Shown here in pieces: positions 20,846 to 32,575 of a DNA stretch of 64,000 nt. The notes beneath the pieces are model-generated. The model saw nothing but the letters and a program-made list of their open reading frames with translations. It was not told the origin of the DNA and did not search any database. Within the stretch, counting starts at the first letter, position 1. Each line of letters begins with the position of its first letter. A program made the translations under genes and the position numbers. The stretch is from Entomortierella parvispora E1425 (lineage: Eukaryota; Fungi; Mortierellomycota): NCBI GenBank assembly GCA_020891255.1, contig BQFW01000006.1:434001-498000 (forward strand), written 5' to 3'.

Positions 20846-22906
20846 GAAACTGTAGCCAACAACCCTGAGCTAAGTACCTCAAATAAAACTTCACTTGATT
20901 CTACACCTCAGAAACATGACTCCAATCATGACAAGCGAACTCACATCCACGATGCTCTGGTTGTTCTATCGGACCGAAACCAAAACCAAACCAAAAAACC
21001 TGTTGCCTCGCCCGCTCCAGTTGCCCTGTCCGCTCCTCTACCTAGATCCTCCGATACAGATGAACCGGACCCTCTCGCTGTACCGCCGGCACCTAGTGTA
21101 CCTCTGTCCAAAAAGTCAGTTGAAGAAGTTGAAGCGTCGTGCGATTCGCCTACACGAATTCACTGTCCAAAAGGCAGAGAGCCAACTGCTCACTTTCATC
21201 GGTTCTGTCAATGGCCACGCTGCCAGAATCCTGATTGATGGTGGTGCAGAAGGTAATATTATCAGTTCGTCTTTTCAAAAGCGACACCAGCTTCCCCGCA
21301 CTGAATGCTTGCCCATCCCCATCCTCCTCCCCAATGGCTCTTCCTCCCTCACATCACACACCGTCCCCATCACCCTCAACCGCAGCGACTACTCCGATTC
21401 GCTCAACCCTATTCTCTATCCTCTCAACAAATACGACCTCATCCTTGGCAAACCCTGGCTCACCAAAGTTAACCCTTGCATCAATTGGCGCACCAATGAT
21501 CTTCATTTCACTCACAATGGAATCGATGTCAAATGGAGCTGCCGCGGCTTCAAGGCCGATCACATCCAAAGCCGCACCAAAGGACTCCTCCTCACACACA
21601 TGCACTTTCATTCCATGGCAACCCTGCCCGGCTCGGAGGTGTTCCTGGCCCTTATTCGCAACACCCCAGAGCCCTCTGAAGAAACTGACCAACCGCGTAC
21701 AATTCCCGATATGACCCCAGAGGTGCGGTCCATTGTCATGGAAGAGTTCGCTGATGTCTTTCCGGAGAAACTCCCGGACGGCCTGCCCCCAGACCGTGGT
21801 GATGCTATGAAGATCGAGACCGACCCGACAGCCGACCCACCCTTCCGCCCTGTCATTAGACTTTCAATCGCCGAGCTTGACGAACTTCGCAAACAACTGG
21901 ACCAATTGCTAGCAGCAGGTTTTATCAAACCCAGTACCTCTCCCTATGGCGCCCCCGTGCTCTTTTGTGCGGAAGAAGGACGGCACACTCCGAATGTGCG
22001 TCGACTACCGTGGCCTCAACAAGATCACCAGGAAGAACAGACACCCGCTGCCCCGTATCGACGAGCTACTTGACCGCTTCCGTGGAGCACGCTATTACTC
22101 CAAGTTGGACTTGTTATCCGGTTATCATCAGCAGCGTATCTTTGAACCACACACACACAAGACTGCCTTCCGTTGTCGCTATGGTCACTTTGAGTTCAAT
22201 GTTGTTCCCTTTGGCCTTACTAACGCTCCTGCTTCGTTCTCCAATATGATGTTGCGAGTGCTCGATCCAGTCTTGGACAAATGGGTTGTCATGTATCTCG
22301 ACGATCTGTTGATCTACTCCAAGACAAAGAAAGAACACCTGCAGCATCTCCGAAGCGTCCTGGCTCTCCTCCGCAAGAATGGTCTGTACGCGAAATTGAG
22401 CAAGTGCTCCTTCATGCAAGACGAAACTGAATTTTTGGGCCACACCATCACGAAGGACGGGATCAAAACATCGGCCGGGCTCAGCAAAGCCATCAGTGAC
22501 TGGCCCACCCCCAAGAGCACAAAGGACGTCCAGCAATTTTTGGGGCTTGCGCAATTTTATCAACAGTACGTATCGGGCTTTGCAGGGATTGCCCTCCCTC
22601 TCTCTTCCCTCCTTCGCCAACAACACTCCCTTCAAATGGACCGACGAACAACAATCTGCATTCCTTCAGCTCAAACGCGCCATCTGCTCCGCCCCCGTCC
22701 TCCGCATCTTCGACCCCGATCTCCTCACCTTTGTCGAAACAGATGCATCCGGTTTCGCCATCGGTGCAGTGCTGCTGCAGACTGACCGGGAAGGGAATAC
22801 CCATCCCATCGCATTCACTTCCAGGAAAATGCAGTCAGCTGAGCGGAACTACCCTGTCCATGAGCAGGAACTGTTGGCTGTCATCCATGCGCTCCGCACT
22901 TGGCGC

Positions 22907-25900
22907 TGTCGCATAATTTGGTGGCGCAGCGGCAAATGATGCTGCTGGCAGCAAGGCACAGTCACGGAGGCAACGGTCAGGATAATATCCTGACCGGTTC
23001 AATAAAACAGAGATCCCTCTCTTATTCTCACTGACTCCGTGTGCCATATACTTTTCATTTTTTTCAGTGAAGAGAAGAAGATCTCGCAGGATCAGGAACA
23101 TAACCGACATTCACAACCGGCATTCACCTCCATTCAACCGCACTCGTCAGCACTCGACCGATCAACAGCATTTCTTCACTGTCTGCGACGACATTCACCA
23201 GCATTGACCTGCATCTCACATTCCGCAAGTTAATTCCACTCGATTTAACTGAGATCAACTTTGGAACGCCAATTCACCCGTCAATCCGACCCATCCATCT
23301 AAACGGAACACAGCATCGCTTTCAGGACCCTTGAAAGTTACCAAAACACCACTTACTGCACGCAAGCCACCGCTCATGGACTTTGGTGAACTTTTCGACA
23401 TTCAGTTCATTCCGGCATTAACTCAATTCAGCTGGGAAAAATTTTTTCGCGACATGGGCAAAGTGAATCTCAACAACAACAAACCAATTCGGAGCAGAGT
23501 CGCTGCAGTTGTTATACCTGTTGCACAAGCCGCCAACGCGCGCGCCACTGCCTCCAACTCTGGAGAACCCACCAACAATGGCGGAGACTTGGCCACTGTA
23601 GCCACACACGAAGGATCCATCACAGAAGAGATGGATGTGGACGAGGAAACCATTCCATCCACCAGCTCTGGCACCAGAAGTGGACTGACGTTTGAAGGAC
23701 TACCACCGTCACAGTTGCCATCTATTCCAAGAAAGGATAGTCCTACATCGGTCGTATCAATCACCAGAGCCTTGGCGGTACCTACCCATACTGCCCTGCC
23801 TGACATAACAGATGCGGAAATAGAGGCAGACATTGCGGCAACGTACTCACAGATGGAAGCTACTCGGCTCACCAATGTAAGACTCCTTTTACATATCTCA
23901 CGTAACAAAAGAGTCACCCATGCCGGTACAGCTCCCATGGACCTCACACCGGAAACAGACAAGATGGAGGAAGAACATAAGCGCAACGAGGACTTCCTCA
24001 GCAGTATGGAGCAAACATACAATGCTCTTCACGCAGCTCGCCGCCCTGTACCAGCACAATGGGCATATCCAAATCAGTCCACCGTAGACCGTTATCAAGA
24101 GCAGGATCGAAGCGCAAGCAACCATGCTCCACAAGCGCGATCTGAGGCAGGATTTCCTGTCAAGCCTCTATCCACATGGCTTCGATTCGGATCATCAGGA
24201 TCCCTATCGGCATACGACTGGTGGGCGCACTTCGAACGAGAAATCGCGCCGTATGTGGGGGAGCAAATCATAGGAAGTCATGGAGACAAATACCTCCTGT
24301 ACCTGGTCCACAACGACCACTTTCATGCCAATCTGAAAGAGAAGTTCAAGGCACCCAAGGAGGTGCTGACAGTGGACTATCTCGAGAGGACGTTCTTCGA
24401 GACATGTTTAACAATCGAAGAGCGAGAAAACGCTGTTACCACGCTCACCAAATTTGGACGACTCGCAGGAGAGCCATATAGTCACTACGCTCATCGGATC
24501 GCAAGAGCTACAAAGCTATTCCGAGTACAAGACAACAACGATGTAGTTTTGACTCTGCTCCGACAAGGACTTGCATCATCTGAAATGGACACAGTCAACA
24601 CGCGATTCCAATCGCAATACGTACTGGACAACCCACAAGCAACATCAGTGCCAGACACTCCAATTGCTATCGCTGATTTTTTGTATCGCACTGGGCAAGC
24701 TAACAGGACCAGCTGGAGCTCGCGAAAACTTTAGCGCTCCAGTAATGCCCACCACCAACTCTCACGCCGCCAAGGCTGAGTCGAAGCAGATGTGGTGTGA
24801 TAAATGTAACAAGAACGGCAACCACGTTTCCAAGGACCATATCAGCTGCGACTACTGCAACAAGCTAGGCCATAAGAAGGACGCCTGCCGTGCGCGCCAG
24901 AACGACGAACGACGACGCAATGAACACTCGGAGCGTAGCTCACACAGCTCAGACGATCGACAAGACCGGTCCCACCGCGGATCAAGCCGCTTCGGGCCAT
25001 ATCAAGCTGACAATCGCCAGCGCAGAGACAACAGGGATAGCCACAACTCTCGTGAGCGCAATTACAGTAAGGACCCTCTTCATATACTACGCTCTCGTAA
25101 AAATGTGTGGCAAACATACCACGATCTTGATATCAACTTCAACGCACTCACTCTTGCGTCCTACTCCTCTCAGACTAGAGACATGTCGCCAGTGTCAGAT
25201 AAAGAATTCATAGAGTCTGTTCACTCCACAGATTCAGTCCTGGCACATGCGGGGGAGGGAAAGTAGAATGTCACAAGACATACCACAGGAGCACATGACA
25301 ATAAACGATGAGCAATCACACATGTTTGAAACACTTATATACAATGAAATGGGTGACCAGAACGACAATGACAAGAGACTTGTAGTACCGATCTACTTCG
25401 AAGGCCTTCAATTTGAAGCACTAATTGATTCTGGAGCCACGAAGTCATTCATAGACAAGTCATTAGTAGAAGCTCTGAAAATTGAGGTCAGCAAAGCACG
25501 GGGAAACATCTTCCTCGGGCACAAGAAAATGCATGTAGCAAGAACAGGAGTAACAGAACATATAGAAGTAGAATGCAATGAACATTCGCTTCTCGCCTCA
25601 TTTGAACTGTTTGACCTACAATACCCATTTGTCATTGGCATGGACCTATTTAACAAACTAGGGTTCTCAATCGGAGGCATTGCAGACGGACGAGCAAACG
25701 CACAGACTCTGCCAACGCCAACACCAGATGAAAAAGCCATCCGTGTTACCATTGGAAACACCAATCGAAGAACTTGACTGACAAGTTCAAGAAACTCAAA
25801 GCACAATTCATGAGTGAAATCCAAGACTCGATAAAGGACAACGCACAGATACCGCTAGACAGCTACTGCACTCTACCAGAGATGCACGTGTTCTTGGATG

Positions 25901-28900
25901 TTCCTGATGGCACGACAATTTATCGCAGACCAAGGACGTTTGCTGAACAGCAACAGCATATTTTCGACGAACAAGTTGACAAATGGCTTAAAGATGGAGT
26001 TATCACACTTGCTCCGGCCAACAATCGGCACAATAACACGCTAACTCTCGCGGCCAAGAAAGATCTCCTCGGCAATAAAACGAAATGGCGGGTTTGCCTA
26101 GACCCACGTCCTCTGAACAAATTATTAAAGGATGACAACCATCCAGTACCATTAATATCGGACATCTTACAACAGATAGGTGGCCACATGATTTATACAA
26201 CGCTCGATTTGACACAAGCATATCACCGGTTACCTATCGAAGCAGGACATCAACCACTCACTGCATTCATGCACCGAGGAACTCAATATATGTTCCGACG
26301 AGCTCCATTCGGACTTAAGCCACTGTCAAGCATATTCCAACGCGGAATGACACGCATCTTGGGGGACTTGCCCTTTGTCCTGGTGTTCATTGACGACATC
26401 GTTATTTTCTCCAAGACCAAGGAAGAGCATGCAGCGCACGTCAAGTGTGTAATCGAACGCCTAACAGAAGCAAAGCTTATTATCAACCCAGAAAAATCAC
26501 ACTTCTTCGCAACACAGATTGTACTTCTCGGCTTTGTCATTGACTTGGCTGGCAAACGGGTAGATCCTACCAAGCTAGCCAATATCGACCAGTGGGTTCC
26601 ACCAACCACAGGCAATCAGATTCAGTCCTACATGGGCACATTTAATTTCTTTCGAGAATTCATCCCGCTGTTCAGTACGTTGGCAGCGCCATTGGATAAG
26701 TTGAGGCATGAAACAAAAGTGTTCAAACTCAATGCAGACGAACTCGATGCTTTCAATACATTCAAGAAACTGCTAAGCCATGCACCAATCTTGCACTTCC
26801 CTGACTTCGGTCTGCCGTTCTACGTCGCCACTGACGCATCCAACGTAGGCATTGCATCGGTCCTTTACCAGAAAGTCAGGAATGAATCCAAGAAAAAATG
26901 GGAGAACAGATACATATCCTTCATGGCACGCTCTCTACAAGACAGAGAACGACGGTATTCAGCCACACAAAAAGAATTGCTAGGAATCGTGTTTGCACTC
27001 ACGAAATTCCACTATTACCTCTGGGGAAGACACTTTACACTGTATACAGATCATCGAGCACTTACGTTCATTCACTCGCAGAAAGAGTTAAACTCCATGC
27101 TCACTGGCTGGCATGAAACAATCCTGAGTTATGACTTTACGGTCGAATACCGACCTGGAGTGATGAATGTGTTGCCAGATCACTTGTCTAGACTGTTCCC
27201 AGCCTCCATCCAGACTCGCTACGACTCCAACCATGGGCACATAGTCAACGCTTACATGCACATCATGCAAAACAAAAGACACAATGTTAGAAGTCGTTCA
27301 TGGCAAAAAGAAGCAGGACGATATATTGTACAAAACCCACGCCCTCGGTCACCTTGGAGCGAATGCAATGGTCCGGTCTATACATGCGGAACAATACACA
27401 TGGCCCCATCTCACAGATGACTGCTTGAATTGGGTTAAGAAATGCTCGGAATGTCAGAAGTACAATATTAGTATCAAAGGCTATCATCCATTAAAAGCTA
27501 TCCACGCAAACCTGCCAGGAGATCATATGGCTATGGATTTAGCGGGACCGTTCAAACTCTCAAAGAAAGGCAATGAAATCCTTCTTATCGTAGTCGACGT
27601 ATGCACACGCTTCGTCTTCTTAAGAGCGCTCCCTGATAAACAAGCAAACACTGTCGCTAAAGCCCTGTTTGATATATTTTGTACCGTTGGCTTTCCTCGC
27701 GTTTTACAATCCGATAACGGCAGGGAATTTGTGAACCAAGTCATGCTTGCAATGACCTCTGAATTTAACGTTGACCACCGGCTACTTACGCCGTATCACC
27801 CTCGAGGAAACGGCGTTGCTGAACGACATGTCAAAGTCGCAGTCGACATCCTCAAGAAAGAACATCATCAGAAACAAGATACTTGGGACCTTCATGTACC
27901 CATGGCACAGCTTGCAATGAATACAAGAATCGTTGCTCTCCATAATTCATCACCGTTCTCTCTCTTCTTCGCTCGCAAGGCCAATGGCTTCCAAAATTAC
28001 TCCAAATCTACCAAGAACGTCATGACCCACAAGCAGCTCTGTGATCGTCTCGCATACATGACTGAAATTGTCTTTCCAGCGATTGACAAGAAATCAGAAG
28101 AGACTCAAAAGAAAATGATCGCCCGATTCAATGCCACAGTTCTGCATAATGAATTCCCTGATGGCGCAAAAGTCATGACACTTGATCCCATCCGCGGTAA
28201 TAAACTTACGCCACGGTATGAAGGCCCGTACACAGTAGTGCGCCGCACGACCGGTGGATCTTATGAGCTCAGAGATGGTACAGGCGAGTCGCTCAGTCGC
28301 AACTATGCCCCATCCCAGCTCAAACTCGTACTCGAGGATTTAAATACGCTGCCCATATTCGAGATCGAGTACATTCTCGACCACCGTCCTCATCCTTCTC
28401 GAAAGGGGGGAGTGGGAATACAAAGCAAAATGGGCTGGCTACTCCAAAGATGACTACACTTGGGAACCTGAAGAAAACTTTATTGAAAAACAATGTATCA
28501 GAGAATATTGGCAACTTCTCAAAGAAAATAAGCGACCACAGGATCAAAGATCGAAGAGATACCAAACGAGAACGAGGAACTAAAACGCTACTACGCAAAG
28601 AAGACCTAACAGGCAAAGAGGTTTTTTACCACATGGTTTTCCTCAAAGACAAGAGGTTTTTCACTTTTCCTCAACCATAACATTTTCATAGAGGTTTTAT
28701 TTTTTACCCTCTCACTGACCAGTAGTGTCAACCCGCGCTTCGCTCTCCATGGGAGGGGAAGTTCTGTCGCATAATTTGGTGGCGCAGCGGCAAATGATGC
28801 TGCTGGCAGCAAGGCACAGTCACGGAGGCAACGGTCAGGATAATATCCTGACCGGTTCAATAAAACAGAGATCCCTCTCTTATTCTCACTGACTCCGTGT

Positions 28901-28915
28901 GCCATATACTTTTCA
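22907..28915 (+). mobile_element. Full-length family C copy C2, LTRs 22907-23057 and 28765-28915, flanks GGCGC / ACAAG (no TSD)
   Basis: Nearly identical to C1. The gag-pol frame is broken only by +1 bases, mostly in homopolymers (~24677, 25250, 25735, 25793, 27272). Confidence 0.95.
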
Positions 28916-29370
28916 ACAAGTACAAGGTTGGCGATAAGGTCCTGCTGCGTGCCACCAATATCACCATCCCTGCCGACAGTATCAGACCAGCCGATAAACT
29001 TCGACCTCAATTCCTTGGCCCGTTCACACTTTTGGAGCAACACTCACCTGTCACCTTCCGCGTCGAGCTGCCACCATTCTACAAAATCCATGACGTCTTC
29101 CACGTTGATACCTTTCGACCCTATTTGCCGTCCCCGGAGTCACTCGGCATTCGAGCTCCTGCCCCCGTGGATCCCACTGTAATTGACGGCGAAGAGGAGT
29201 ATGAAGTGGACGAAATTTTAAAGTACCGCTTCTACCGCAGACAACACCAGTTCCTAGTGTCATTCAAAGGCTACGGCAGAGAAGCTGACGAATGGCTCCC
29301 AGTAAGCAACTTGGACAACTGCATGGACTTGGTCACAACCTTCAAAGAGCAGCACGGTATCATTTTTTAA
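28916..29370 (+). CDS. B3 integrase C-terminus (GPF motif) and chromodomain
   Basis: KLRPQFLGPFTL; EEEYEVDEILKYR...FLVSFKGYGREADEWLP. Confidence 0.92.
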
Positions 29371-29491
29371 AAGGGGAAGGTGTAACAGGAATACGGTGAC
29401 ATCACGCGATGTGTACCTACAAAAGCTAGAAACTTGCAATATAATAAAACTCACTTCTTGTCTCCACTCCACCCTCGATACTCCTATTGCA

Positions 29492-31182
29492 ACGGTGTGT
29501 GATGTGAGGGAGGAAGAGCCATTGGGGAGGAGGATGGGGATGGGCAAGCATTCAGTGCGGGGAAGCTGGTGTCGCTTTTGAAAAGACGAACTGATAATAT
29601 TACCTTCTGCACCACCATCAATCAGGATTCTGGCAGCGTGGCCATTGACAGAACCGATGAAAGTGAGCAGTTGGCTCTCTGCCTTTTGGACAGTGAATTC
29701 GTGTAGGCGAATCGCACGACGCTTCAACTTCTTCAACTGACTTTTGGACAGAGGTACACTAGGTGCCGGCGGTACAGCGAGAGGGTCCGGTTCATCTGTA
29801 TCGGAGGATCTAGGTAGAGGAGCGGACAGGGCAACTGGAGCGGGCGAGGCAACAGGTTTTTTGGTTTGGTTTTGGTTTCGGTCCGATAGAACAACCAGAG
29901 CATCGTGGATGTGAGTTCGCTTGTCATGATTGGAGTCATGTTTCTGAGGTGTAGAATCAAGTGAAGTTTTATTTGAGGTACTTAGCTCAGGGTTGTTGGC
30001 TACAGTTTCGACAACTGGGGTCCGGACCGACCCTAGTTGCCGGAGGCTTTTCCCGAATCAGGGGATTCACTCGCGGTTACTTGATTAATTCCTCGGCTGC
30101 CGTTGCCGTACTTAGGGCAATTGGGACTGATGTGACCCAATTCGCGGCAGCGGAAGCAGCCACCGTTACGTACAAGGTACTCTCGGTCGGCGGCGGTCAG
30201 GGGTGCGGGGCGATCTCGAGAAGGGTTGTTAGTACCGTTGGTGGGGCGGTTCTGTAAGGAGCGGTGAAGGGTGCCGAGTTGCTTGTGGATATTGTTGAGT
30301 TGGATATGAATATTGTCCACTTCCATTGCGTTGGGGTCGGTGATACCAGCAGAGGATCCCGAGGCAGCCAGTGCTTTGGCACCGAGTGATGGGTCTTCAG
30401 TGTGGAAGATACGACCGAACTCCTCCGCGGCCTTAAAGAGTCTGGGCAGATCTATGGTGTCGTTGCCTGCATTAACAATGGCCACTTCCAGCATCTGGCG
30501 AAGCTGAGTAGGTGCACCACTGAGAAAGGCAGTACGGATAGTATCGTTGAGAACTGTGTTGTCGGCGTAGTAAGACTGGAGGAGTAGGTGGTATTCACGG
30601 GCTTTGGTAATATAGGCCATGACGTTGGAGATGTTCAGTGGCAGTGTCATTTTCATTTGCATTGTGAGGGCGAGAATGTGCTCCTTAAACTTCGCAGGGC
30701 TGAACTCGGCGGCAAGGAGCTCGCTGAAATCCGGGAATGAGGTGTCGGATGGCTTGTTTAAGAGTGCCCACCAGCCGATAACCTCATCGCCGGCAAAGGC
30801 AAGGGTAACCCCGACCTTGCGAGATTCGGCAATTCCAGCGCCATCGAAGAAAAAGGTCATGCGTTTCAGAAAACCGAGAACAGAGAATCCGTCGCGCTTG
30901 CCGTTGAACGGTGTTGGATGAGGGAATTTGAATGACGGTGTCGCGGAGTCCATGTTGGGTGAATTGTCGAGGGAGAGTTGATCGAAGAGGGATACGAGGG
31001 GGTCCAGGGTGTGAGTGTGTCGGAGGGTCAGTGGGTCAGTGAGGTCAGTGGATCGAAAACCTTTGCTACCATGCAATAGGAGTATCGAGGGTGGAGTGGA
31101 GACAAGAAGTGAGTTTTATTATATTGCAAGTTTCTAGCTTTTGTAGGTACACATCGCGTGATGTCACCGTATTCCTGTTACA
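29492..31182 (-). mobile_element. Family B copy B2 (5' part): 5' LTR 31072-31182, PBS, intact gag, start of protease; outer flank AGCGT
   Basis: Near-identical to B1 with its insertions removed; cut at ACGGT by the B3 3' LTR. Confidence 0.93.
30033..30953 (-). CDS. gag: B2 Gag (306 aa)
   Basis: ATG 30953 (MDSATPSFKFPHPTPFNG), MEVD motif, CCHC knuckle, TAG stop. Confidence 0.9.
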   Translation of the reverse strand: MDSATPSFKFPHPTPFNGKRDGFSVLGFLKRMTFFFDGAGIAESRKVGVTLAFAGDEVIGWWALLNKPSDTSFPDFSELLAAEFSPAKFKEHILALTMQMKMTLPLNISNVMAYITKAREYHLLLQSYYADNTVLNDTIRTAFLSGAPTQLRQMLEVAIVNAGNDTIDLPRLFKAAEEFGRIFHTEDPSLGAKALAASGSSAGITDPNAMEVDNIHIQLNNIHKQLGTLHRSLQNRPTNGTNNPSRDRPAPLTAADREYLVRNGGCFRCRELGHISPNCPKYGNGSRGINQVTASESPDSGKASGN

Positions 31183-31578
31183 AGCGTCTTCTTCATGACC
31201 TCTAGACAGAGCCAATTTCACATCTAGCAGCTTGTGCAACTCCTGCCAGAAGCGGCTGGTGAATCGTGTGTCGCGATCGGAGATGATGGATGTGGGGAGG
31301 CCATGCAACTTGAAGATATTGTCGAAGAACTGATGAGCAACATCGACGGCTGTGGCGGAAGTGGTACTGGGAACAAAGTGTGCGAGCTTGGTGAGCTTGT
31401 CAACAAAGACTGTGATAGCGTTGAAGTTGCGGTCTGTGGTTGGAAGAGGGCCGATGAAGTCCATGGTGACGACGTCCCAGCGTTAAGAGGGGATGGGAAG
31501 AGGCTGCAGCAGCCCTGCGGGTCGCTCCTGAGATCCTTTGTTCCTCTGACACTTTTCGCAGGTGGCGACATAGAGTTG

Positions 31579-32028
31579 TGTCACGAACCGTCAGATATCA
31601 GCCGCGATCTGTCACGTGCCGTGCTGGGCACCAATTGGTCACTCCATTCCACCCATTGTCGGAACGCGTCTTGCTTGATATAGGATCCGAACCTAGGATC
31701 TAGGGTCAAACCCATTGGAGTCCTCCAGGGTCTAGACTTCGGATGTTCTATCTATCATTGATATATATCCGTCGGCTGCACCCATTTGGACCTCCATCTC
31801 CTCCTTCATCACCGTTGTCGCCATCTACGACCCAACTCATAGGTCGAGCTTATGATTATACTTCCCGGCGCCCTCCCTGACACAACGCAGACTAGGTCCA
31901 GGCCCGCACCTCTCTCTAGTATAAAAACCCCCTTGATTCATAGCTGTATTCCCCAGTCTGCAATTCACAATTCCCAATAAACCATACCTTCCCTCTTTCT
32001 CTTGTTCCTGCCTTGTCCGACCGTGACA
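31579..32028 (+). mobile_element. Solo LTR F (450 bp), 5-bp TSD AGTTG
   Basis: Termini TGTCACG...CGTGACA; AGTTG at 31574-31578 and 32029-32033; TATAAAA at ~31920. Confidence 0.9.
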
Positions 32029-32052
32029 AGTTGGGTGTCCTTAGCGATGTGG

Positions 32053-32575
32053 CAGTAAAGCTATTTGTAGTCGCAGACTACGAATAATAGTCGTAGCAAT
32101 ACGTATATATAGTTGTAGACTACACTCTCTAATTGTAGTCTCATGACTACATTCCATATCCATAGTCCGAAACTCCTGACAATACATGTAGCTGTGTTTA
32201 TGATCATCTTCAAAACAAGCTTGTGTGAACATTTCTTGCCAGAGAATTGTGAGCTTTTCCAATGCTCCAAACCTTGCTGTGGAAGTCAAGATTGCCTGAA
32301 TATTGTGGATTTTGTAGGGATCCGCAATATTCTTAGCACAGCTCCAAAACAAAACAAACAGTTCCAGCGGCAGCAACCAATCCCAGAGTCTGCCACCAGT
32401 GTTTGGTTGCTTATCCAAATTCACAAGTTGACGGAAAAGTCGCCATTGTCTGAAGTTTCGAACTATGGATATGGAATGTAATCAGGAGACTATAATTAAA
32501 GAGTGTAGTCTGCAACTGTATATATGTATGACTACGACTATTATTCGTAGTCTGCGACTACAATTAGAATTTGTG
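32053..32575. mobile_element. Foldback/MITE-like insertion (~520 bp), ~115-bp TIRs, TSD GCGATGT (7 bp exact; 9 bp with 1 mismatch)
   Basis: ~32063-32177 is an imperfect inverted copy of ~32454-32566; the host B' integrase resumes at 32576. Confidence 0.85.

Larger units (their letters stand above)
20679..29491 (+). mobile_element. Family B copy B3 (3' part): end of gag, PR-RT-RNase H, C2 insertion, IN tail + chromodomain, PPT, 3' LTR 29381-29491; outer flank ACGGT
   Basis: Reverse complement of B1 over 20679-22906; purine tract AAAAGGGGAAGG directly before TGTAAC. Confidence 0.92.

Noticed and set aside
22921-22932. tRNA gene in LTR C or in the B leader
   Set aside because: Only a 12-nt D-arm match (C) or an antisense T-arm/acceptor match (B); no cloverleaf or anticodon arm.
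23440-27290. C2 (and B1/B3, Tc1) as genuinely pseudogenised by frameshifts
   Set aside because: The copy-specific breaks are single extra bases, nearly all in homopolymer runs, typical of long-read consensus error. They need read-level checking before being called real.
20679-28920. CTTGT (20679) and ACAAG (28916) being reverse complements, as evidence of an inversion
   Set aside because: They flank LTRs of different families, and each is explained by the local host sequence; chance match.
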